NCBI GenBank assembly: GCA_024679065.1
Contig: JAGIQG010000006.1
Location: 39,618,001-39,682,000 of the forward strand
Source: Sphyrna mokarran
Lineage: Eukaryota
Length of the DNA: 64,000 bases
Direction of reading: 5' to 3'
Shown in pieces: positions 12,435 through 22,952 of this stretch (positions are counted from its first letter, which is position 1; each line of letters begins with the position of its first letter). The notes under the pieces were generated by a model. That model saw only the letters and a program-made list of their open reading frames with translations, ran no database searches and had not been told where the DNA came from. A program made the position numbers and the translations under genes.

Positions 12435-14876
12435 GTAATAAGAGACTTAAGCAATAGGAAAAGGCTTTTCTTATGACTAAATGATTTCCAAAATAAGAAT
12501 GAGAGAGCTGTGCGGAATCCCTCTAAATTATCACTGAAAATATAATCTACTTGAAGCAGATGGTTAACGCCGAAATGCTTAGGATTACATGCATGAATCT
12601 AGGTGGGCTTTTATAAGGTTTAAATTAAACCAAGACACATTGAATTGTACATTTCCATTTGTTGATAATCACTTTAATATATATGTATTTTTTTGTTTTT
12701 GGAGGAAATGTAACCCCTAAATTGGGGATATTAACGGTAGAATTTCTGATGCTGCTGCTGCAATCAAAAATGTCCCTTCAAACCAAAGTTCTATTTTACT
12801 AACCCTGTTATCGTTGCCATTTTGCAAATGTACACTGATTAGATTGCAAACAGTCTCTCCTGCCCATTTGTAACTGAACCTGGCTTCGTGGGCAGTGTAG
12901 TGATGGACATCATTTCCAATTAGCATCTGTCACTTTGACTGAGCTGACAGGAATCTCTTTTAGCTTAATTCATTAACTATTCACATGCAAAATGAAAAAT
13001 TAATTCAAATACAATAAACATTCAACTTATTGAAGATGCATTAAGCTTTGTATCTTAAAAAAAAACCCAAGAAACTGCCCTGTAAAATTACTATCACTGA
13101 ACCATGCTGACTAGCAATCTTCCAGCTTCAATCTCTGGTATTTGCTGACTGAGCTGAGTTTTACTATGGCAATCCTATAGGTTACAACATTATCACTGAA
13201 TTAAAAAGAAAAGATCAGCCATAGTTGCTACTGGGCATGCATGTTCTGGGGAAGCCCACTGTCATAGGAGAACTGCAACATTGTCTTGCAGGGTTGGCAT
13301 CTGGGCCTGGAGAAAAGAAAGTCTGAAGATATGAACTGTGGGGGTCTCCTTTTCTTGTCCCACAAAAAAATCAATCAAGCTTATCTTCTGGACATCTCTT
13401 CAGATGGCTTAAATCTCATTTATGTTGACTTTCTGCATTCAGTACCTATTGTTCATAAAAAGAAAACTAAGGGAAAGAGCACTCTTCAGCAGTATAATTT
13501 CTGGACATATATTTGGTGCTCTTCACTAAAGAAGTGGACATAGCACATTTTTAGGTTGCATAAAGCAAAGCAAATGTTTTTTTTCAGCTCCAGCAGTTGA
13601 GGGTTTTTACCTGAATCACCTGGGAGACAATGCTTCATGTTCTCTACTCAAAAATAATAAAGCATAAACATGCATAATTAAAACAGTGAAAATTGATGTA
13701 AAAACAATATTATAAAATGGATAGCCGAGATTACATATTCCTGGACCTGAATGTATGCCATATTAATGAAGGGTAAAGAAATGCCAAGGCTGGTAGATCC
13801 TTATTTGTAGGTTCTTTCTCAGAATTTCCATGTTCTTTAGGCTTCATCATTTATTTTTTGTCTGGTTTATTTGCTGTGTAGAGAGTTTTGTGGTAAATTA
13901 GTTTATTTCTCTGGGAAACGATCCATCGAATTGCTTTCTTTTATTCAACTAAAACTGGCAGCATCCATTACCAATCATTCATACTAATTATGCAGTGCTT
14001 GGTTTTAGCAATTTAACCTGTGAGAGAAAATGGCAAATGAAAGTTTTTTCACTGTTGTTGCTAGAAGTGAAAAAGGAAAGAAGGAAAAATTACACTATAT
14101 CACTAACGATGTGCAATAAATTTCAGTCAGGCTTGATGTATTATTTAAATTTAAAATATTCAGAATTTAACAGAAGGCCTGTTTTTATTTTTGACCTTAC
14201 TTTGGATTGTTATCATTGCAGGTCAGAATGGCCTGCACTGAATAAAACTCCCCCCAGGGTTTATACTAAGAGCTGCCCGAGTCAGCTCATGCACCAGAAG
14301 ATGCTAAATTACTTACCCACGCATGCGCGGAGTCTTGATTTCCAGCTAATATCAGCAGGAGGTTCTCATTCAACACAGTCTCTTGCAAAAAGGTCTTGCT
14401 TCATAGCCCTAGACATCTCCAAAGGGAAAAGCCCAGAGATTTTGCTATGATATGGAGGTCAAAGTAGATAAATTCTCAGCATTTTATACAGTTGCTACTA
14501 TTCTGTAGGTTTGTAAATAAAATGACAAATTCGGCCTAAATTGTACCCTTGACTGAACTATTTCACAAACCCCCATCTTCAGACCCCCATAACATTTTAA
14601 AATTCACAAACCATAAGTGAACATGTTACCAACAGGATTTAACCATGTTTATCAATTTACTTTAGATTTGTTTTAATGTTCTTGTATTTCATAATTATTA
14701 AAATAATTTGTATGCTTTGTAATTGAATAAGGACTTTGAATTTTCATTGCAGATTTTCAATGTAGTTTTGCCACCAAAAAAATCCTCTTAAAATAGGTTA
14801 ATATTTACATTCACAGCTTAATATAGTAAAATTTAGAATGTGTTTGTATCTGGCTCCTTATAGTTTAGTGGAGTGT

Positions 14877-14893
14877 TATTGCCTCCTAGTGGA
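14877..14893 (-). promoter_or_regulatory. Candidate CTCF site
   Basis: The minus strand reads TCCACTAGGAGGCAATA, one deviation from the CCASYAGRKGGCR consensus, in non-repeat sequence. Motif match only. Confidence 0.35.
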
Positions 14894-15384
14894 AGATGAT
14901 CTTCCAGTTAGTATACAGAAACTAGTAAAGCAGCTTATAAGATTATGGTATTCGGCACAATACGTTCATTTCTTCCCATCAAGTCAAGAAAATATTTTCA
15001 AATAATGTTTTTGATATTTTTCCTTCCTTCACGTTGTCCAAGCAAACAATATTCAACATATTATAATCAAGATTCAATTCAATATATTTAATGTTCCTAA
15101 TTAACGTTTACATTTAGTGAGCTCCCTGGCCATAAGTGTTATGGGGATGGGAGATATGTTTGCTTTATGACAGGCATCCATTTTATATACAGAGTAAAAC
15201 AGATATGTGTGCACATGATATTTATGCAAGTACTTGCATGCAATTGTTTTGTTTGCTCTGTACTCTTGAATACTTTTTGAATAGGCTGGTAATTATCTTG
15301 CTCACAGCAGTACAGGATTCCCTCCCGTAGTTTAGGTTTCCTGCATAAAGCATGATTTCAAGCTAAGAAGGTAGATAGAAAGCT

Positions 15385-16060
15385 TCCTACAAAGCACAAT
15401 TAGAAAATTTGCACATGGCACAAAACTTGGAAGTATTGTGACCTGTGAAGAGGATAACGATGAACTTCAAGTGGACATAGACAAGCTGACTGAATGGCCG
15501 AACAGGTGGCAGAAGAAATTTAATGCAGAGAAATATGAAGTAATTCATTTTTGCAGAAAGAAGAATGAGAGGCATTATAAAATAAAGCATACAATTCTAA
15601 AGAGGATGCAGGAACAGAGGGACTTAAGGGTAATTTGCATGAATCACTGAAGATGGAAAGCAGCTTAATAAGAATACGGAATCCTGAGGTTTTTTAATAG
15701 GCGAATTGAGCACAAAAGCAAGAGAATTATGATAAACCTGAATCAAATACTGGTTTGGCCTTAACTGGAGTATTATGTCCATTTCTTAAATTGTACCCAT
15801 TAGTGGAAGGATCAAGGATCAGAGGACAAGTATTTTAGGTCATTGGCAAAGAACAATGGCAACATGAGGACAGTGAATAATTAGGATCTGAATTGCACTG
15901 TCTGAAATTGAAGTGAAAGCAGATTCAATCAAGGCTTGAAAAAGAGAATTGGATAAAGAAAGTGTGAGGTGATGGGGAGTGGAACAAGGTGATTTGCTTT
16001 TGTGGAGAGCTGACATGATGGGCTGAATGGCCTTTTCCTCTCTTGTAACCATTCTTTGTT
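15385..16060 (+). mobile_element. Old CR1 LINE fragment (3' end)
   Basis: ELQVDIDKLTEWPNRWQKKFNAEKYEVIHF in ORF 15438..15650, followed by a CR1-type 3' UTR tail. Confidence 0.85.
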
Positions 16061-18062
16061 CAAAGACAGCAATAGTATGGAATTGATTGAGAGTGAAAGA
16101 GGAAACTTCCCCGCTCATTATCTTTGAGAAAATGCTAAACTTTGACTTAACTCTCTCTGGATGGTGCAGGAGAGATATAGAATTTTTCAGTTTAAGAAAT
16201 AATAGATTATTAAAGAATATACTACTATTCTCTGATGAAGTATATTGTTACATCTGCCTGTTGTTGTATGCATGATGCATTAGAACCTTGTATAACATAC
16301 CAGTTTAAAGGATAGCCCAACAATAACCATCTATTTCAATACAATGAATAAACATCTATTTCTTTTCATTTTCATTAATAAATTACCTATTCCAATGTGA
16401 TATGAGTGATATTATGCAATTTGAAAAATGACTGCTGCAATAATAATTGAAACACCCCATGAAAGACGGTGAAAGTGAACTGGTTACATGGAAATCTTAT
16501 AGTATTTTGCCATGACTGTAAGAATAAATATGGGTTTCCAGGTGCTGGGTGATTGATAGCATCTATCCCAAGTAACTGGATACAATATAAATGACAGACC
16601 TATAGGTGAGCAAGGAAATTGTATCTGCTAGCTTAGTACATAGGTATTTTGAAAAAAAACTGAAAAGGAGGAATGGTAGATGTCCTGGCTAGAATAAATT
16701 ATATGATTGCCAGCAACCTTGGGCACTAAGAAATACTTTCTACCATACATTAAATAAATGTTCAGATATAATGAATATTTAGCATGCCAAACTGGTGTTC
16801 ATTATATGTGGGGTTGACACTACTTCGAATTGTGGAACAGCAGAATTATTAAATTATGCAATAGCAGTATGTAGTTTAATATAATTTATTTAAATGGGCA
16901 GAAGTATGTTTAGACCTTGCTATTCACTTTTTTCTCCCTGTTAAGGAATATTTTTGTTCCCACAATTTACTTACCCTGAGCTATGCACCATTATATGGCT
17001 GACGGCCTGTTTGTATCTCTTAATTCCTATGTGTAGCTTGGGCAATCACAGCAGTTGATTTGGGTGGGTTACCCTTGTGACGTGCTACCTGCTATGTTCA
17101 ATATCATAGCTATGAGACCATGTGCTACTATTCATCATTCGCAACAGTGCAAATAAACTACATGTAATTATGTAATAATTTAATTCAGTTGAGAATAATT
17201 TTACAACAGTACACCCTTGACTACTGCTGATCCTATGCTAAACTGAAGTTATTTAAGTTTGGATGTGTTGTCAAGTAAATCAGTGAGCCTATAGGATTTG
17301 TCACTCACTAGTATTGAAATAGAATCAAGCTTGGCTGTTGAAAAGGAGGTGGCAATTAGCAGTCAGTGTGTTTCAGGGTGGATTTTTTTCCCTTCAAAAA
17401 ATGTTTGTGTGTTGTATTATTACTGTGATGATCACTGTGTTAGTGTTTCTATCAATAACTCAAGTGCATTCAAACTGGGAACATACAATACACAATTTTA
17501 ATGTGAAAGATCATTGGAGGCAGTCCTGACCCAAGTCTCCCATGAAAGATGCAGAATAGGCCCATATCACTAGTGATCTATCTTTAATGCCAACTTAGCA
17601 TTTAAGCTTGTTCTTTAAATAATTTGATTATATGATGGTTTTTTAAATCATTTCAGTGGGAGATTATGCTTCATAAATTGGAAAACATTTGATAGGAAAT
17701 TAAAGTGCATTTTGGCCAACAATGAGAAGTGATGCAAATTTCCACAAATTTATATTCATATCTCATTGTTTGGCCGAACATGGCCTGTTTGTAACACTTG
17801 TATGATACATCTTTGTTTTTTCACAATTTATTTGAGGAATATGATGATTACATCTTTGGTTTCAGGCCAGTGGCATACTTGTTCCACAGTCTAGGAAAGT
17901 AGGAACACATATTGGCAGAACGATTAGTTGTTTACTATAACTACTCAAGAATGAAAAGATTAAAAAAAACAATTTTCAATTCGATAAATTTTTAACAAAA
18001 TTATTGACTAGTTATGTCAATAGTTGTGCTGCTGGCTAATTCATGTTTTCAATTATCTCTAG

Positions 18063-18146
18063 GGGCCACCAGGTTCACAGCCCTCGCCACATTCACAGCC
18101 TCCACCACACAACCCCAGCAATCCCATGATGGGACCTCACAGCCAG
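18063..18146 (+). CDS. SSBP2: SSBP2 coding exon B (GPPGSQPSPHSQPPPHNPSNPMMGPHSQ), 84 nt, phase 0-0, probable cassette exon
   Basis: Branch-like ggctaat, acceptor attatctctag| and donor CAG|gtagga. Open in frame and closely similar to the SSBP3 exon GPPGSQPSPHAQPPPHNPSSMMGPHSQ. Confidence 0.92.
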
Positions 18147-19702
18147 GTAGGAAGACAGAAATAGCTAATCAGCACAAACAAACCAAGATTGTTTCAGTAC
18201 CAGCTGTGATAGCACCTATATTTGTTCTTATGGCTTCTTAATTCATCACTTCCATCAGTGTTATGATTTGGTTCTTCATGTTTTTCTTTTCTTTTGCTGC
18301 ACTGGTTTATGTTCACTGTTTAATGCAGCTTGGTGAGAAATTTTAACTTTTCTCACTGGCATAATTCTATACATTTCTTGCTTATCATAAGTGTTATTCC
18401 AAGTCAGATTAGCAGCTGCATTGTTTTAATTATATCAGGGCTCTACCCTTTTCAGCAGATGAATCAGTTGTATTGGTTTATTGTTTGAAGTAACTTTTCT
18501 GATAATTATTATGTTTGGAATTAGCAAATAATGTTTCAAAGCTTTAAAATAGCCCATTAAACATTCAATTTTGGTGAGAATTAATGCTAGAATATGTATT
18601 TTCATAAGTAGCTAAAGTAAAATAACAATTAAAGTTCAACCAAAGGTTGGTTTCTTTACACCAACAAACACTGTTGCATGAAAAGCCTTACACTCGATCG
18701 CAATCTATCAGATGTTCGATGAAGATGAAACCTATGCCATTAATACGCCTGGTTTAACAAGTTACTAATGAAAAGCTAAAGTTAACATATGTCGGTTTTT
18801 CAAATGTTTGTGCTTCTACTTAATTGAGAATAAAATACTGGCCTCTCCTGCTTATCTAGCCCACTTTTACCCACATGCGGTTTGTCATTGATTCTGAGAA
18901 AACAGTTGGTAGCCATTTATTCAGTTTGAGTTCAATCATAATTGATACTTGAAACTAATCTTGGATGACCCAGAGTGTTGATGGCAACTGGAAACAAATG
19001 GAAATTGGTTTGTTTGAGGATGTGCTGTGCTAAAAAGTTTTTTATCGATGTTCTTGAAAGGTCACCTTTAAAATAACTTCTAAAAGATGGAGTATGATTT
19101 TATGTTTGTAAATATACGTTCACTTTTTAATACTTAGCTTCAAAAATATGCATTTCTAAAATGCATTTTAAAGTTGAATGAATGTTCAGTATGGAGCTGG
19201 CCATTTGAATTTTATTTTTTAATGTAATAGCATATTTTCTTGTATCTAATTATTTTAAATTGCAGACTCGATATGTAGAATGTAATTTCAGGAATATGTT
19301 ACTTGTCTATTTGACTCTGTTGCAGGTAATTATCCACAGGTGGGTTCTCACCTACTGTTACCTATTACAGAATGCCTATTATTCAAGGCAACTAAATTTT
19401 TAATTAATGAAAAATTAAAAACAATGTACATAAAGTATTTTCATCAGTTGCCAATTAGTTAAATTCACGTAGAGAGGCCATGCAGCCTTATTAGTTTGCT
19501 TTTAAAGCTAAACGTTCCTTTAGAAAATAATTTTGTTAACACTAGATGTCACTTGTAATTAGTTGTCTTAAAAGAATATCAGAAGCCTGCAAAGATGTGT
19601 GGTACAGTACAATGAAACAAACTGCTTCAGCATATGTGACTGCGTATTTAGAACAGGCAAATTTTAAACATTGTAAATATTAACAAAAATATGATTGACA
19701 AC

Positions 19703-20022
19703 AGCAGCATGATGGCACAGTGGTTAGCACTGCTGCCTCATAGCACCTGGGATCCGCATTCAATTCCAGCCTCGGGTCATTGTCATTGTCCAGAGTTTGC
19801 ACATTCTCCTTACGTCTGTGTGAGTTTCCTTCAGGTGTTCCGGTTTCCTCCCACAGAAGATCTGTGTGTTAGGTTGATTGGCCCTGCTAACTGGATGCTA
19901 GTGTTAGGGGATTAACAAGATCAATATGTGGGGTTGTGGGAATAAGATCTGAGTAGGATTGTTGTCGGTGCATATTTGATGGGCTAAATGGTCTCCTTCT
20001 GCACTATAGGGATTCTGTGATT
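19703..20022 (+). mobile_element. HE1-like tRNA-derived V-SINE
   Basis: tRNA-like head tggcacagtggttagcactgctgcctca...attcaattcc, V-domain-like gtgttccggtttcctcccac, and CR1-derived tail ...gcactatagggattctgtgatt. Confidence 0.88.
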
Positions 20023-21325
20023 GTGTTGTAGCATGTTAGTGATTGACGTCACTTTTATGGTGTAGATTCTAGTGTAGGAGTTAGAACCAGCTCAGAATGG
20101 AACTGTCAGTATGAAGTAGCATTCTGAGGTTTTTCAAGTTTGTTGATGTGCCTTTTCTTTTCACTTTTACAACAACTGAGAGGTGCAAAAAAAGCAGATA
20201 TGTATCCAGGCAATGAATATTGAAGGTTGATGTCGAACCAAAAAGTTGCTATGATTATTGCAATGAAGTTAGTCTTGCAATCCGGGGAACAATACCATTT
20301 AACCAGGAATGCACTTAGATATTTACAGTGGGGGGGTGGAATGGAATCAATTTTCCGACCATTTCCACCGATATAATCTTCTGGTTCTGCCAACAGTAAC
20401 CCTCCTCCTGCCAGGGAACCTCTGGTTGGGGAAGCTGTGAACGATGGGAAACCCTATTGACAGCTGCAGGACCAATTACAATATTGTCTCTGCCGCAGGA
20501 CTGGGGGCAAGTGATGTTGGGGAATCCTGTCTATGGCATTTGATTTCTAGTTAATGCTGTGGGCAACAGTTGACTTGCTAATCAAGTAAATTGTCTTTTA
20601 TTTTGCGTGTTGAATTGTTTTTGCTGTGCAGGTAACTGTTGGGTTTTGTACATTTTCAATATGCATGGATTGATTTGTTGTTTAAATTACAAGCTGATAA
20701 ACCTGAGACTGTTTGACACGCAGAATTAACCACATTTGGCTTATTGGCTTAACAATTGAGAAACTTGTGACCCCCATAATGGTGATGTTCCCTGGCCAAA
20801 TAGTCTTCCTATGTGTGGGAGAAGGGGAGGTTGTGTAGCACAGTGGGTAGTTATCCTGCTTCTGAGATATTGGATGGGATTTTACAGCCTCACTCATCTC
20901 AAAACTATTAATTTCTGCCCTAGGTCATTGGACCTACCCATGTTCCCCGCCTTGCTCCAAGTCCTGTGGTGGACAGGCTGGTAAAACTTTGGCGAGAAAC
21001 TCTGGTTCAAGACTTACTCCAGGACATAATGGCAGAAAAGTTGGGTTCATAACATTGCCAAGCGGGTTGATTATCAACCCACAAATCCTTTGAACAGACA
21101 CCAACGGCAAGTGGTGAGAGTAAAAAGATTCCAAATTAAACATGTGAATGGAAAGAAAGTTGGAGCCTCTAAAAGCTCCAGCCTGCTACTGCATGTGAAC
21201 ATGCATATTGACACAGCAACCCGACTTCCCTGAGTGATGTGTAACATTCCACCATTTGCATGAAAAGAAAACTGATTGGATCAGCAATCATTTTGAGGAT
21301 TAACGCAGTTAAGTGGACTTTAAAG

Positions 21326-21626
21326 ATCATAGAACGTCTACAATGCAGAAGGAGGCCATTCAACCCATCCAGTCTGCCCTGACTACAATTGCACCCATTC
21401 CTATCCTCATAGACCCATGTATTACCCTGCTAGCCCCCTGACACTAAGGGACAATTTACCAAGGCCAATCAACCTAACCTGCACATCTTTTGGATTGTGG
21501 GAGGAAACCCACACAGACACAAGGAGAACACACAAACTCCACACAGACAGTGACGCAAGCCAGGAATCGAACCTGGGTCCTTGACATTGTGAAGCAACAG
21601 TATTAAGCACTGCCACCGTGTCATCC
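21326..21626 (-). mobile_element. HE1-like V-SINE
   Basis: Reverse complement of the same head, V-domain and tail. It ends about 165 bp upstream of exon C. Confidence 0.88.
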
Positions 21627-21789
21627 TTATGATTTAGTGACCCATTTCTCTCATGAAGGTGACTTTTTGAAAGCCAAGTCCCTGTTAAAGTGGAACAAAA
21701 TGGAATTGGATACTTTAAAATAAGTACGGTGCTGAAGTTGAATTATTTTTGTTTAAAAGCACATTTTTCCATTTATTTGCCTGTTGCAG

Positions 21790-21849
21790 CCTTTCATGTC
21801 ACCTCGTTATCCCGGAGGCCCCAGGCCGCCCCTCAGAATACCTAACCAG
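21790..21849 (+). CDS. SSBP2: SSBP2 coding exon C ([20 protein letters not shown]), 60 nt, phase 0-0
   Basis: Acceptor ctgttgcag| and donor CAG|gtaaaa. The peptide matches recalled SSBP2 and is visible in ORF 21784..22008. Confidence 0.96.
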
Positions 21850-22524
21850 GTAAAATTAATTTTCTACTGCATAATATTAAAAAGTTGCCTTCATATTTAT
21901 GTTGTATCTTATGGAATATTATACTGTATTGTCACAGACATTTGTTCTGTTGAAATATCTATAATTGTTTTTAAATTTTTTGGTACCTGTTACTATTGCA
22001 GAAAATGAAATAAAAACATAAGACAATTATACGCTGTATTTCCAATAAAGCAGAACTGTTGTCATCTTAACACCTCACAGGTTTAAGGCTAAAAAATGTA
22101 GAGCTGCATTTTATATCCCTTGGTTGGGTGTTTCTCCAGCAAAGGGGAGGGGCTAGGGGACAGTTAAAATTGGAAGCTCATCTCTAAGCTCATTCTGCAC
22201 CCTGTGGGTGGTGCAGAAATCAGCAGACTGTCAAATTCAAATAAGTAAGTCAAGATCAGTTTAATTTGTTAATAAGCCAGTTGACCGTGATAATATGATG
22301 CTGAGACTAAAACTGTTGGTGTGGACTGTCGGGCGGGAATGGGAAGGTTGCTTTTTTAAAAATCTTTTTCAAAACATGTGACAGACTGGTTTGGGAGATG
22401 TCTTTTGCATTTCACGGGTGGGGGACTCACTCTGTAATACAATATTTCCCTTCCTACTTCATTTTTCTGATCAATCTGGTCTATAAAATTCACCACCTCT
22501 AATCCCCTGGTCCCCACTCTAAAC

Positions 22525-22568
22525 TGATCATTTTGCTTCATTTTCATGATCATTTTGCTTCATTTTCA
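22525..22568. repeat. Perfect tandem duplication, 2 x 22 bp (tgatcattttgcttcattttca)
   Basis: Read directly from the sequence. Confidence 0.95.
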
Positions 22569-22952
22569 CCAAAACATTGGGTGAATCTTATGCTCTTCCC
22601 AAAGCTGAGTTTATTGGCAGAGAGTATTTAATCAGGTGGGATGCCTCCATCCTGATTACCTCAAGGCCAGGAAAACCTGTTGCTGCCTTGTTGCCAATTG
22701 AGGTCCTTAAGTATGCAATTAATTCCCACTTAAAGGCCTCACTCCATTGCCATTGACATAGCCAAGTGGTGGGCTAGGAGAAGAAGGCTTGTTTTTGGGG
22801 AGAATGTCATGCCAAATCGAAGGATCTTGCATTGGGAAAGTGGAAGGGGACCTGCTGAAAGCCATCCTATCCTATCCTCTTTCTGCTGATCCGCGCTGTT
22901 CTGTATCTCCCCACTCTATCTATCATCATTCATCTGCTCTCTCAACCTGAAT

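Noticed and set aside
13995-14450. 151-aa ORF and other AT-rich ORFs of 60-180 aa, such as 44496..44960 and 7661..8137
   Set aside because: They are chance intronic frames that cross repeat boundaries, many with non-ATG starts and no homology I recognise.
19703-19790. tRNA genes at the SINE heads
   Set aside because: The A/B-box-like heads run into SINE bodies and no full cloverleaf is apparent.
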